Assembly (NCBI GenBank): GCA_963752475.1
Contig: CAVVYR010000007.1
Span: 64,001-128,000 of the forward strand
Direction: 5' to 3'
Length of the DNA stretch: 64,000 nt
Source: an uncultured Chloroflexia bacterium
GTDB taxonomy: Bacteria > Chloroflexota > Limnocylindria > Limnocylindrales > CSP1-4
The notes below the pieces were generated by a model. That model was not told the origin of the DNA, ran no database searches, and saw only the letters and a program-made list of their open reading frames with translations. Position numbers and translations under genes: made by a program. Positions 10,719-21,133 of this stretch are shown here, piece after piece. The number at the start of each line of letters is the position of its first letter. The first letter of the stretch is position 1.

Positions 10719-11795
10719 TCAGTGGTTCGTTCGGGGCGACACCTCCTTCTTCGCTCCTTGGGTGCGGATGGGTGGTGCGGCCGTCGACTGGCGGACCACG
10801 AGCTCTGGCTCGAAGACGACCTGCGGCTCAGCGGGGGTGCGGCCGTTGGTCAGGTCGAGCAGGATCTTGGTCGCCAGCGTGGCCACGTCGGTCAGGCTCT
10901 GGCGGACGGTGGTCAGGGGCGGTGTCTGGAAGGGCGCCAGCTCGATGTCGTCGACGCCGACGATGGAGATGTCCTCCGGGATGCGCAGGCCGCGCTCCAC
11001 GGCCGCGCGCATGGCGCCGATGGCGAGGCGGTCGTTGGAAGCGAAGACGGCGGTGGGCCTGGGTTCGCGGTCAAGCAGCTCGCCCATGGCCTCGAAGCCC
11101 GAGTCGCAGCTCCACGCCGCGTCCCCGACCGCATGAGGAAGGGGCTCCAGCCGGCGGGCTCGGATCGCGTCGCGGAACGACTCGAGCCGCTCGAGCGAGA
11201 GGCGCAGATCGAGGGGACCGCAGATGTGGGCCAGTCGCTCGTGCCCCAGGTCCAACAGGTGATCGGCCACGATGGCGCCGGTACGCGTGTTGTTCAGGAT
11301 GACGGAAGGGCCGTCGTAGTCGGTCGGGATGCGGTCGATGGCAACGACCGGGATGCCCGCCTCTCGCAGATCGCGCAGACCGTGCAGCGTGTCGGTGGTG
11401 GTCACGAAGAGCATGCCATCCACCCAACGCTGGGCCGCGATGTGCAGGTAGGTCCGCTCGCGCTCGGGGTCGCTGTGCGTGTTGTAGAGGATGACGTTGT
11501 AGCCGGCGGCGTGAGCGTGGTCCTCGACGGCATCGGCCATGCGCGCGAAGAACGGGTTGGTGATGTCCGCCACCATCAGGCCGATCGTTCGGGTGGAGCC
11601 GGTACGCAGGTTGCGGGCGGTCGCCGACGGTCGATAGCCCAGCTCCTCGATGGCGGCAAGGATGCGGTCGCGGGTCGCTGCCGAGACCACGGCCTTGTCG
11701 TTGACCACCATCGACACGGTCTGGACCGACACGCCCGCGAGGCGCGCCACGTCCTTCATCGTGGGTCGTTGCGTCTTCTGTACCGCAGGTGCCAA
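10719..11795 (-). CDS. LacI-family transcriptional regulator
   Basis: PTMKDVARLAGVSVQTVSMVVN HTH, LGYRPSATARNLR, PPLTTVRQ; probable TTG start at 11795. Confidence 0.95.
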   Translation of the reverse strand: MAPAVQKTQRPTMKDVARLAGVSVQTVSMVVNDKAVVSAATRDRILAAIEELGYRPSATARNLRTGSTRTIGLMVADITNPFFARMADAVEDHAHAAGYNVILYNTHSDPERERTYLHIAAQRWVDGMLFVTTTDTLHGLRDLREAGIPVVAIDRIPTDYDGPSVILNNTRTGAIVADHLLDLGHERLAHICGPLDLRLSLERLESFRDAIRARRLEPLPHAVGDAAWSCDSGFEAMGELLDREPRPTAVFASNDRLAIGAMRAAVERGLRIPEDISIVGVDDIELAPFQTPPLTTVRQSLTDVATLATKILLDLTNGRTPAEPQVVFEPELVVRQSTAAPPIRTQGAKKEVSPRTNH

Positions 11796-11826
11796 GCGAC
11801 TGCCCCCCGCACTCGTGGCTGTGTTC

Positions 11827-11891
11827 TGAACGTTCCTATGAACGTTCACGTGAACGTTCAGATTGTGCCAAGCGTGTCAACCCCCAGTCAA
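11827..11891 (-). promoter_or_regulatory. Promoter with three tandem LacI-type palindromes TGAACGTTC(A/C)
   Basis: Sites at 11827-36, 11839-48 and 11851-60; upstream on the minus strand TTGACT-18 bp-CACAAT with extended TG. Confidence 0.75.
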
Positions 11892-12132
11892 CTCCTTGGG
11901 GGTGCGTCCGCGCTTGTAGTCGTAGTTGAAGGCCCAAGGGCGGCGCATATCCGGCGTGCCACTCGAAGTCGTCGACCGGCTTATGCGCGTCTACCTCGAG
12001 ACCCAGGACGAGGGAGAGCAGATGCTCAAGGACGTAACCAATCGGTCCGCCGCCGGCGAAGTCTTCGGCGGCGTGGAGACCCCCGGCTGAGTCAGCGCTG
12101 CTCGTCGAAGTCGGATGGCTCCGAGGCGACCT

Positions 12133-12498
12133 CTACAGGGCGGTGTCGGGCGTGAGCCTTGAGGCTGTCAGCGTGGCCGGCACCGGGGCGTCACTACCAT
12201 CGGGACGAGGACGCGTGATCTCCGTCTGCATCGTGTAGGTCGCACCGTCGGGCGAGAGGACGGCGGTGCCTCGCCAGGTGAACCAGCCTCTCGTGCCCTC
12301 ACCGTGGGGGACCGGGCGTACGACGAGCAGTCTGGCGCTACCGGCATCGGTCGCCCGCCAGGCCCCGTCATGAGAACCCTCGGAGGTCACGATGGTGGCC
12401 GTTCCGTCGGCGTGGAAGGTGGTGGTGAGGTAGTCGGTGCGGAACTGGTTTCCGAACTTGGCCTCGGCGGTCCAGGCTCCGATGATCGGGTGCGTCAC
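12133..12498 (-). CDS. Hypothetical beta-rich protein
   Basis: VTHPIIGAW...TTFHADGT...GAWRATD, GTG at 12498 after GGAGGG. Confidence 0.6.
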   Translation of the reverse strand: MTHPIIGAWTAEAKFGNQFRTDYLTTTFHADGTATIVTSEGSHDGAWRATDAGSARLLVVRPVPHGEGTRGWFTWRGTAVLSPDGATYTMQTEITRPRPDGSDAPVPATLTASRLTPDTAL

Positions 12499-12729
12499 GT
12501 CATCCCTCCGGTCGACGGGTGTGTGCGTGGACGGTAGCAGTCCCACGGCTTCCGGCCATCGCGGCCTTCTCGTGGCCCCATCCCGCCGAGTTCGGCTCGC
12601 CGAGCTGGCCGACGGTCACCGGGCCCGAGCGACGACGAAAGAGGAGTCACCAGGCCGGTCCGGAGGAGGTGAGTGGACCGTCCTGGCGTTCGGAGGTGTG
12701 AGCGTCCCGGCGCTCGTCTGTGGTGTGGA

Positions 12730-13500
12730 CTAGCGACCCATCCAGCCACCGTCGACGGTGATGATCGAGCCGTTCATGTAGGCGCCCGCGTCCGAGGCGA
12801 GCAGCACACATGGCCCGCCGAAGTCCTCTGGTGTCCCCCAGCGGCCCTGCGGGATGCGCTCGAGGATAGCCTTCGAGCGGTCGGGATCGTCGCGCAAGGC
12901 CTGGGTGTTATCGGTAGCGATGTAGCCCGGAGCGATGCCGTTGACGTTGACGCCCATGCCCGCCCATTCGTTGGCGAACGACATCACCAGCCGTGCCACA
13001 CCCGACTTGGACGCGGCGTAGCCGGGCACCGTGATCCCGCCCTGGAAGCTCAGCAGCGACGCGGTGAAGACGATCTTGCCCGAACCGCGTTCCACCATGT
13101 CCCGTCCGAACTCGCGGGTGATGATGAATTGGGACGAGAGGTTCACCTCGATGACCTGGTCCCAGTACTCATCCGAGTGCTCAGAGGCGGGCTTCCGCAG
13201 GATGGCGCCGGCGTTGTTGATCAGGATGTCCGGCGTCCCGAGGTCCGACTTGACCGCCGCGATGCTGCGATACAGCCCCTCGCGGTCGGCTAGATCCGTT
13301 CGATAGAACGAGTACCTGCGCCCGAGTCCCTCGACGATCGCCTGTGTCGCGCCACTGCCATCGCTCGAACCTCGGCTGAAGTCGACGATGTCCGCTCCGG
13401 CCTCGGCGAGGGCTCTGGCCATGCCTTGGCCGATTCCCTGGGAGGCTCCCGTCACGAGCGCGAGCTTCTCGTCCAGCCGGAACCTGTCCAGGATCGCCAT
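12730..13500 (-). CDS. kduD: SDR, 2-dehydro-3-deoxy-D-gluconate 5-dehydrogenase-like
   Basis: TGASQGIG, ASLLSFQGGITVPGYAASKSG, NVNGIAPGYIATDNTQALR, VDGGWMGR. Confidence 0.88.
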   Translation of the reverse strand: MAILDRFRLDEKLALVTGASQGIGQGMARALAEAGADIVDFSRGSSDGSGATQAIVEGLGRRYSFYRTDLADREGLYRSIAAVKSDLGTPDILINNAGAILRKPASEHSDEYWDQVIEVNLSSQFIITREFGRDMVERGSGKIVFTASLLSFQGGITVPGYAASKSGVARLVMSFANEWAGMGVNVNGIAPGYIATDNTQALRDDPDRSKAILERIPQGRWGTPEDFGGPCVLLASDAGAYMNGSIITVDGGWMGR

Positions 13501-13528
13501 TTCGTCGTCTCTCCTCCTCTGCGCTCGA

Positions 13529-14554
13529 CTAGCTCTGGCAGTCGATGAGCAGCTTCACCACGTTCTCGCCGCTATCGAGTCGCCCGAGTGCGGCGGCGGT
13601 CTCGCTCAGCGGCATCACGTCACTGATGAGTGCGTCGGCCGGGATGGTGCCGTCGGCGACCAGGTTCACGGCCTCTTCGAAGTCGGCCCGCTCGTACACA
13701 CGCGCGCCGATGATGCTCAGCTCTTTCCAGAAGATCTGAAACACGTCCACCGGCGGGGCCACCGGCTGGATACCCACGATCACGCCGGTGCCGCGACGAC
13801 GCAGCACATCGGTCATGGCCTTCACGCCGGGCACCGAGCCCGAGACCTCGAACGCGATGTCCGCGCCGGCACCGTCGGTCCACTTCTCGACGACCTCGTT
13901 CAGATCGTCACTCACGGGGTTGACGGTGGGGAAGCCGAACTCGGCGGCCAGTTCCAGGCGCGATGCGGCGACCTCGCTCAGCAGCACCTCGGCGCCGCGG
14001 TCGCGGGCGATGATGGCGATGAGCAGGCCGATGGGACCAGCGCCGATGACGACGACCTTCTGGCCCGACTGCACGGCCGCGCGGCCGACGTCGTGCTGGG
14101 CCACGGCCACCGGCTCCACGAGCGCAGCCGTCTTGAGATCGAGCTCCGCGGGGAGACCTACAAGCCAGTCGGCCTTGACGTTCCAGCGATTCTGCAGTGC
14201 GCCCGGGGAGTCGATGCCCACGAAGTTGAGGTTCTGGCAGATGTGGTTGACGCCGGCCTTGCACGCGGGACAGGTGCCGTCCCAATCGAGCGGCATGACG
14301 GTGACCTTGTCGCCGACGTTCCAGCCCTCGACGGCGGGGCCGATCTGGGCGATCGTGCCGGACATCTCGTGCCCGATGGGCCAGGGTTCCTTCACGCGAC
14401 CGTCCATGCCGCCGTGCGAGATGGTGAGGTCGGTGCCACAGATGCCGGTGTAGGCCACGGCGATCTGGACCTCGCCCTCGGCGGGCGGGACCGGGTCGTA
14501 TTCGCGGGCCTTGAAGACGCCCGACCCGTGGTAGTCGATGGCCAGCTGCACCAT
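13529..14554 (-). CDS. Zn-dependent polyol/sugar-acid dehydrogenase
   Basis: GICGTD, GHEMSG, DGTCPACKAGVNHIC, GAGPIG; start MVQLAIDY. Confidence 0.92.
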   Translation of the reverse strand: MVQLAIDYHGSGVFKAREYDPVPPAEGEVQIAVAYTGICGTDLTISHGGMDGRVKEPWPIGHEMSGTIAQIGPAVEGWNVGDKVTVMPLDWDGTCPACKAGVNHICQNLNFVGIDSPGALQNRWNVKADWLVGLPAELDLKTAALVEPVAVAQHDVGRAAVQSGQKVVVIGAGPIGLLIAIIARDRGAEVLLSEVAASRLELAAEFGFPTVNPVSDDLNEVVEKWTDGAGADIAFEVSGSVPGVKAMTDVLRRRGTGVIVGIQPVAPPVDVFQIFWKELSIIGARVYERADFEEAVNLVADGTIPADALISDVMPLSETAAALGRLDSGENVVKLLIDCQS

Positions 14555-14673
14555 GATTCGCCCTCTGGAGGTCCATGCTTTCGTGCTTTCATTACAGTGT
14601 AGCTTCGACAACATACTGAATACGAGGATGGTTCTGATGGCATCGCACTACGGCCGCGTCGCACGGTAGCGAC

Positions 14674-15828
14674 ATGAGCGAACTCAAGGGCATCACCTGG
14701 AACCACACCCGGGGTGTGGTGCCGATGGTGGCCGCGGCGCAGCGTTTCGAAGAGCTCCACCCCGGCGTTCGCATCTCGTGGGAGAAGCGATCGCTGCAGG
14801 AGTTCGCGGACCAGCCGCTGGCGGACCTGAGCGCGAGGTACGACCTGCTCGTCATCGATCACCCCTGGGCCGGCTTCGCGGCTTCCTCTGGTGTGCTCAT
14901 GGCCATGGAGGACGTGGTCTCGCCCGCGTTCCTCGCCGACCAGGCCGCGAACTCCGTGGGCCCGTCCTATGAGAGCTACCGCTACGACGGCCGCACCTGG
15001 GCGCTGCCCATCGATGCCGCCACGCCCGTGGCCTCCTGGCGGCCGGACCTGCTCGAGCGGGCAGGGGAGTCGGTGCCCGCGAACTATGACGAGCTGCTTG
15101 CGCTGGCGCGCAAGGGGCTGGTGATCATGCCCGGCATCCCGCAGGACACGATCATGAACTTCTACATGTACTGCGAGCTGCCGGGGTCGGACCTCTTCGC
15201 GAGCAAGGAGTACGTGGTCAGCGACGAGGTCGGCATCACCGCGCTCGAGCGCATGCGCGAACTGGCCTCGCTGATGCCGCGCGCGATCTTCGACCAGAAT
15301 CCCATCGCGGTCTACGAAGCCATGACGCGGGGCGATGAGTTCGCCTACTGCCCATGGGCCTACGGCTACTCGAACTACGCGCGCGAGGGCTACGCGCGTG
15401 CGGTCCTGCACTTCGGAGACGTCGTCTCGCTCGAGGGGGTTCCCTTGCGAACCACGCTGGGCGGTACCGGCCTCGCCGTGTCGAGCGCCACGAAGCACCT
15501 CGAGATCGCGTCCGAGTACGCCGAGCTCGTGGCCGGCCCCGAGTACCAGCGCACGCAATTCGTCGAGAATGGAGGCCAGCCGGGCCACCGCGCGGCGTGG
15601 ACGGACGCCGAGAACGACCGGCGCACGTCCGACTACTTCAAGTCCACGCTGCCGTGCCTGGACCGAGCCTACTTGCGACCGCGCTATCCCGGAAGCCTCG
15701 CCTTCCAGGATCGCGACGGTGGCGGGGTGCCCATCCGGGAGTACATGATGAACGGCGGCGACCCGCGCTCGGTCATGGAGACCCTCAACCGGATGTATCG
15801 AGAATCGCAAGAAGGCGGCGCCGAGTGA
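14674..15828 (+). CDS. Solute-binding-protein-fold protein without signal peptide
   Basis: [39 protein letters not shown]; no hydrophobic N-terminus. Confidence 0.82.
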   Translation: MSELKGITWNHTRGVVPMVAAAQRFEELHPGVRISWEKRSLQEFADQPLADLSARYDLLVIDHPWAGFAASSGVLMAMEDVVSPAFLADQAANSVGPSYESYRYDGRTWALPIDAATPVASWRPDLLERAGESVPANYDELLALARKGLVIMPGIPQDTIMNFYMYCELPGSDLFASKEYVVSDEVGITALERMRELASLMPRAIFDQNPIAVYEAMTRGDEFAYCPWAYGYSNYAREGYARAVLHFGDVVSLEGVPLRTTLGGTGLAVSSATKHLEIASEYAELVAGPEYQRTQFVENGGQPGHRAAWTDAENDRRTSDYFKSTLPCLDRAYLRPRYPGSLAFQDRDGGGVPIREYMMNGGDPRSVMETLNRMYRESQEGGAE

Positions 15829-16973
15829 CCGGGCCCCTCGAGGGCCTGCTGGTCCTGGAGTTCGCCCAATTCATGGCCGGGCCCTGGTGCGGCCTGCGCC
15901 TCGCCGACATGGGTGCGACCGTCATCAAGGTGGAGCGTCCCGGCACGGGTGAGGCCGGCCGCGGGCTGGCCACCAAGAACATGTTCGTCGACGGCGACAG
16001 CCTGGTGGCCCACACGGTCAACCGCAACAAGGGCTCGTTCGCGGCCAACCTCAAGAGCCCCGAAGACCTCGCGCAGGTCAAGGTGCTCATCGAGGCGGCG
16101 GACGTCATGACCCACAACTTCCGGCCGGGCGTGATGGAGCGCATCGGCCTCGACTACGAGACCGTGCGTGCGCTCAACCCACGCCTCATCTACGGCACCG
16201 TGACCGGCTACGGCACCGAGGGTCCCTGGCGCGACAAGCCGGGCCAGGACCTGCTGGCGCAGTCGCTCAGCGGCCTGCCCTACTGGACCGGCCGGGCCGA
16301 CGATCCGCCGGTGCCCATCGGCCTGGCCATCGCCGACGGCATCTGCGGCCACCACCTCGCCCAGGGGATCCTGGCGGCGCTCGTGCGTCGCGGCCGAACG
16401 GGGGAGGGGGCGCGTATCGAGGTCAGCCTGCTCGAGTCCATCCTGGACCTGCAGTTCGAGGGCCTCACGACGTACCTCAACGACGGTGGCCGGCCGCTGA
16501 AGCGCAGCGCCGTCAGCGCCACGCATCCGCTGCAGGGCGCGCCCTACGGCATCTACTCCACGGCCGACGGCTTCCTGGCCCTGGCCATGGGCGGGCTCGA
16601 CACCCTGGCCGACGCGCTGGGACTCGAAGAGCTCCACACCTTCGACGGGCCGAACGACGACTTCGAGCGAGGTGACGAGATCCGTCGCCTCATCGCCGCG
16701 CACGTGGGCGCCAAGACCACGCAGCACTGGATCGATCTGCTGGAGCCGGCGGGTGTCTGGTGTGCACCCGTGTTGCGCTACGACGAGCTCCGTCAGCAGC
16801 CGGGCTACCAGGCCCTGCGCATGGAGCAGACGGTGACGCGCGATGGTGAGTTCCCGGTGCACACGCTGCGCAGCCCCATCCGCTTCGACGGGGAGCGCAT
16901 GTTCGCGCCTGACGCAGCGCCCCGGGTAGGTCGTGACAACGAGCGCCTGAAGGCGGAGATCATCGATGCCTGA
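15825..16973 (+). CDS. CaiB/BaiF family III CoA-transferase
   Basis: [48 protein letters not shown]; GTG overlaps the SBP stop. Confidence 0.93.
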   Translation: MTGPLEGLLVLEFAQFMAGPWCGLRLADMGATVIKVERPGTGEAGRGLATKNMFVDGDSLVAHTVNRNKGSFAANLKSPEDLAQVKVLIEAADVMTHNFRPGVMERIGLDYETVRALNPRLIYGTVTGYGTEGPWRDKPGQDLLAQSLSGLPYWTGRADDPPVPIGLAIADGICGHHLAQGILAALVRRGRTGEGARIEVSLLESILDLQFEGLTTYLNDGGRPLKRSAVSATHPLQGAPYGIYSTADGFLALAMGGLDTLADALGLEELHTFDGPNDDFERGDEIRRLIAAHVGAKTTQHWIDLLEPAGVWCAPVLRYDELRQQPGYQALRMEQTVTRDGEFPVHTLRSPIRFDGERMFAPDAAPRVGRDNERLKAEIIDA

Positions 16974-18120
16974 CCAGAGCGCGCCGCTCGCCGGTATCAC
17001 CGTCGTCGACTTCAGCCAGTTCCTCGCGGGGCCCTCGGCCTCGCTGCGCCTCGCCGACCTGGGTGCGACCGTCATCAAGGTCGAGCGCACAGACGTCGGC
17101 GACATCTGTCGCGCCCTCTACGTCTCGGACGTGTCCATCGACGGCGACAGCACGATCTTCCACGCCATCAACCGCAACAAGCTCGGCTACAGCGCGAATC
17201 TCAAGGACCCCGCCGACCGGGCGCGCATCGAGAAGCTCGTGGCCCAGGCCGACGTGGTCATGCACAACTTCCGCCCCGGTGTGATCGAGCGCCTGGGCCT
17301 GGACTACGCGACGGTGAAGGCGCTCAACCCCGGCGTCGTCTACGGCGAGATCAGCGGCTACGGCACCGAGGGTGAGTGGCGCGACAAGCCTGGCCAGGAC
17401 CTGCTGCTGCAGGCGATGTCCGGCCTCACCTGGCTCAGCGGCAACGCCGATGACGGGCCCGTGGCCATGGGCGTCGCGGTCGTCGACATCTGGGCCGGGG
17501 CGCTGCTGGTCGAGGGGATCCTCGGTGCGCTCGTGCGTCGTGGCATCACCGGCGACGGCGCGCTCGTCGAGGTCAACATGCTCGAGGCAGCGCTGGACTT
17601 CCAGTTCGAGCCCATGACCACGCACCTGCAGGACGGCTCGCTGCCCGAGCGCACGGCCACGAACAGCGCGCATACGCTGCTCGGCGCCCCGTACGGCATC
17701 TACCAGACGGCGGACGGCTATCTCGCCCTGGCCATGGGCAGCATCACCGTCCTGGGCGAGCTGCTCGAGCTACCGGCCCTGGCCGACTACCCCGAGCCGG
17801 CCTCGTGGTTCGACCAGCGAGATGAGATCAAGGCGCTGCTCGCCGCGCATCTGGTGACCCGGCCCACGCAGGCCTGGCTCGACGTGCTCGAACCCGCTGA
17901 CATCTGGTGTGCCCAGGTGCTCGACTGGGACGCTCTCACGCAGGACCCGCAGTTCGAGACGCTCGACATCCTGCAGGAGGTCGAGATGGGCAGCGGCACG
18001 ACCTACCGCACCACCGTCTGCCCTATCCGCGTGGACGGCCGGAAGCTGTTCTCGCGGCTCGGCTCCAACGCGCTCGGCGAACACGACGCCCGCATCGACG
18101 AGGAGTACGACCTCCGCTAG
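16966..18120 (+). CDS. CaiB/BaiF family III CoA-transferase (paralogue)
   Basis: [35 protein letters not shown]; overlaps the previous gene. Confidence 0.93.
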   Translation: MPDQSAPLAGITVVDFSQFLAGPSASLRLADLGATVIKVERTDVGDICRALYVSDVSIDGDSTIFHAINRNKLGYSANLKDPADRARIEKLVAQADVVMHNFRPGVIERLGLDYATVKALNPGVVYGEISGYGTEGEWRDKPGQDLLLQAMSGLTWLSGNADDGPVAMGVAVVDIWAGALLVEGILGALVRRGITGDGALVEVNMLEAALDFQFEPMTTHLQDGSLPERTATNSAHTLLGAPYGIYQTADGYLALAMGSITVLGELLELPALADYPEPASWFDQRDEIKALLAAHLVTRPTQAWLDVLEPADIWCAQVLDWDALTQDPQFETLDILQEVEMGSGTTYRTTVCPIRVDGRKLFSRLGSNALGEHDARIDEEYDLR

Positions 18121-18510
18121 GCGCCTGCCCAGGATCCGCGCACTCGCGCCCCGCCCGCGCCGCCGCGCCTCCGCGCCTGACGCGCACCGCCACGCCTCGT
18201 GCGGGTCATCCAGTGCTGGCTGAAGTCGACACGTTCGCCGCCGAAGTGTCGATCCTCAGTCCCGTGGAGACTCAGGCCGCCAAGCCGAGCCTCCAGGCGG
18301 CTGATTCCTGCGAGACCAGCGTCAGGGTGGTCGAGTCGAGCCACCGGGGGATGAGCGCCCAGCCGCCAGTTCGAACGACCGTCGAACAGCCATCACGAGG
18401 CTGGCCCGCCACCACACCCGGACACGGCGAAGCCCCGGCCGAGCTGATGCCAGCCGGGGGCTTCGTGTAGCTCGGGACGCCGAAGGAGGGAGGCGCCCCG
18501 AGCGGATCTG

Positions 18511-18925
18511 CTAGCCGTGGTTGAGGTAGATCGTCTTCTTCTGCAGGTACTGCTCGATGCCGTGGACGCCGTCTTCGCCACCGATACCACTGGTCTTGTG
18601 GCCGGTGTGGAAGCCCTGGATCTGACCGGTGATGGGCTGGTTGATGAAGATGGTGCCCGTCTCGAGGTGGTTGATGGCGTGGATCATCGTCTTGTAGTCG
18701 TTGGTCCAGAGGTAGGCCGAGAGACCCTCTTCGCGGGCGTTGGTCAAGGCCAGCGCCTCCTCGTAACCGGAGATCTTGGTGATGGGCATGACCGGGCCGA
18801 AGAGCTCGTCGGCCACGGCGGCACCGCCCGGCTTGACGTTGTGCAGGATGGTCGGCTCGAACCAGTTGCCGTTCTGGAAGTACTCGCCCTCGGGCACCTT
18901 GCCGCCGAGTAGCAGGTCAGCACGT
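18511..18925 (-). pseudogene. C-terminal fragment of an aldehyde dehydrogenase (AldA-like)
   Basis: [45 protein letters not shown]; no N-terminal catalytic or NAD-binding part. Confidence 0.8.
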
Positions 18926-18988
18926 TTCATCTCGACGATCATGTCGAGCAGCCAGAGGGCACGCTCCTCGCGTAGCGCCAGCGCGAAC

Positions 18989-19326
18989 AGTTGCGGCAGC
19001 ATCCGGCGTGTCATCCCCGACCTCATCGACGCCGGCGTGGAGATTCTCAACCTCGTCCAGTACACCGCCAACGACATGGACACCGCCGAGCTGAAGCGCG
19101 AGTTCGGGGCCGATCTCACCTTCTGGGGTGGTGGCATCGAGACGCAGAAGACGCTGCCGACAGGCTCGGTGCAGGACGTCATCGACGAAACGAAGAAGCA
19201 GCTCGACATCCTCATGCCTGGCGGCGGCTTCGTCTTCGCCAGGTCCACACCATCCAGTGGGGCACGCCGGTCGAGAACGTCTTCGCCATGTGGGACACCG
19301 TCCGTGAGTACGGCGTCTACGGTTAG
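18989..19326 (+). pseudogene. C-terminal fragment of a uroporphyrinogen decarboxylase/MtaA-family protein
   Basis: [24 protein letters not shown]...[13 protein letters not shown]...GGGFVF(A) then shift to [16 protein letters not shown]; no start region. Confidence 0.8.
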
Positions 19327-19455
19327 GCTCCGACGTGGCTGATCGTATTGCCCGAACCGCGCCAGCTCTCGTGTCGCGATCTGCGGCGGCTACACTCAGG
19401 CCGTCCCGGACACCCAGGCGCACTCACTCGTTGAATCACTACCCAGGAGCAACCG

Positions 19456-19893
19456 ATGGCCAAGAAGCGATACCAGCGTGACGCCAGGCGGCGCATCCTC
19501 GACTCGCTCATGGGGATCGTCACCCGTCTCGGAATGAGCTCCCGCGTGGGCAGCATCGTGACCACCGGTCGGACCTCGGGGCAGCCCCGTTCCACGCCGG
19601 TCGATCTCATCCACATGGACGGCCAGCTCCATGTCGTGGGCATCTACGGCGCCAGGTCATGGGTCCTCAACCTCCGGGCCGATCCGGCCTGTCGCATCCG
19701 GGCGCGGGGCGGCGAGTCCGCCTACACCGCCGTCGAGCTGCCGCCCGTCGAGGGCGCTCCGGTCTTGCGTCGCTACCTGGAGGACTCATCCTTCGTACGC
19801 GACTACCAAGAGGTCGGGCCAGACGCTTCGGACGAGGAGATGCTCGCCGCGGCCGCCGATCGGCCGGTCTTCCGACTCGATCGCGCCGAGTAG
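19456..19893 (+). CDS. F420-dependent (deazaflavin) nitroreductase-family protein
   Basis: TTGRTSGQPRSTP, SWVLNLRADP, PVFRL. Confidence 0.85.
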   Translation: MAKKRYQRDARRRILDSLMGIVTRLGMSSRVGSIVTTGRTSGQPRSTPVDLIHMDGQLHVVGIYGARSWVLNLRADPACRIRARGGESAYTAVELPPVEGAPVLRRYLEDSSFVRDYQEVGPDASDEEMLAAAADRPVFRLDRAE

Positions 19894-19949
19894 GTCAGAA
19901 TCCAGTCCAACGACCCAAGCGGGGTCGCTCCGCACCCAGAGGTTCTTCC

Positions 19950-20534
19950 ATGGTCGCCACCAACTCCACGATGCTTCCGCTCGGCACCAGCGCGCCAGAC
20001 TTCACCCTGCGCGACGCCACCACCGGCGCCGACGTCTCGCTCACCGACTTCGACGACAAGCCCGTCGTGCTGGTGATGTTCATCAGCAACCACTGTCCCT
20101 ACGTCAAGCACGTGGCCGAGGAGCTGGGCCGGCTGGGCAGCGAGTACGGCCCGCAGGGCGTGGGCATCGTCGCCATCGGCAGCAACGACACCGAGAACTA
20201 CCCCGACGACGCACCCGTCCATATGGTCGAGTTCGCGGCCGCCAATGGCTTCACCTTCCCGTACCTGCACGACGAGACTCAAGGTGCGGCGCTGGCCTAC
20301 CGTGCCGCCTGTACACCCGACTTCTTCGTCTTCGACACCGATCGCAAGCTCGTCTACCGCGGGCAGCTCGATGGCGCCCGTCCCTCGAACGAGGTGCCGG
20401 TCGATGGTCGTGACCTGCGAGCCGCCCTGGACGCAGCGCTCGACGGTGCCCCCATCCCCGAGCCGCAGGTGCCGAGCATGGGCTGCAACATCAAGTGGAA
20501 GGCCGGCAACGCCCCCGACTACTTCCCTGGCTGA
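19950..20534 (+). CDS. AhpC/TSA thioredoxin-family protein
   Basis: APDFTL, MFISNHCPYVKH, YRAACTPDFF, YRGQLD, PSMGCNIKWK. Confidence 0.93.
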   Translation: MVATNSTMLPLGTSAPDFTLRDATTGADVSLTDFDDKPVVLVMFISNHCPYVKHVAEELGRLGSEYGPQGVGIVAIGSNDTENYPDDAPVHMVEFAAANGFTFPYLHDETQGAALAYRAACTPDFFVFDTDRKLVYRGQLDGARPSNEVPVDGRDLRAALDAALDGAPIPEPQVPSMGCNIKWKAGNAPDYFPG

Positions 20535-21133
20535 TGGCCGGCGCGAACCGCGAGCGGCTGCGTGGTCGCAAGGTCTGGCTGCGCGCGCTCGAGGAGGCCG
20601 ACCTGCCGGCCTACAAGCGGGCCATCAACTCGGTCGAGGTCGGGTCCTGGGCCGGGTACCCCTGGCCGCACTCCGATGGCACCGTCGAGCTCTGGTTCGA
20701 AGCGGTGCGGACGCGCCATGGTCACGGCGAGTACTGGTTCGCGGTCTCGCCACTCGGATCGGACGAGTTCATCGGCACCGTCTGGCTCTGGTCCAAGGGC
20801 GATCGACTCGACGGGCTGGAGCTGTCGGTCTTCGTGGCCGAGGAAGCCGGCCTGGGCACCGGCATCGGTAGCGATGCTATCGATGTCGCGCTCGACTTCA
20901 TCTTCGGCAGCTACGAGATCGAGCGTGTCTGGTTGACCACAGAAACGGAGAACGCACGCGCCGTCCGCGCCTTCGAGAAGAGCGGCTTCCGCGTGGACGG
21001 CACGGTCCGCCACCACTTCCGGCGGGAGGGGCAGTGGCGCGACTCCGCGCTGATGGCCATCACGCGCGATGACTGGGAGGCGCTGGAGCGGCCGCGGAGC
21101 TGGGAGCTCAACGGCTTCGCGGCGGAGACGTGA
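20534..21133 (+). CDS. GNAT N-acetyltransferase (RimJ/RimL type)
   Basis: GLGTGIGSDAI, ENARAVRAFEKSGF, EGQWRDSALM. Confidence 0.88.
   Translation: MAGANRERLRGRKVWLRALEEADLPAYKRAINSVEVGSWAGYPWPHSDGTVELWFEAVRTRHGHGEYWFAVSPLGSDEFIGTVWLWSKGDRLDGLELSVFVAEEAGLGTGIGSDAIDVALDFIFGSYEIERVWLTTETENARAVRAFEKSGFRVDGTVRHHFRREGQWRDSALMAITRDDWEALERPRSWELNGFAAET

Noticed and set aside
18226-18252. TCGACAC...GTGTCGA hairpin and ORF-like stretch after caiB2
   Set aside because: Single imperfect hairpin, no second copy seen and no convincing coding signal
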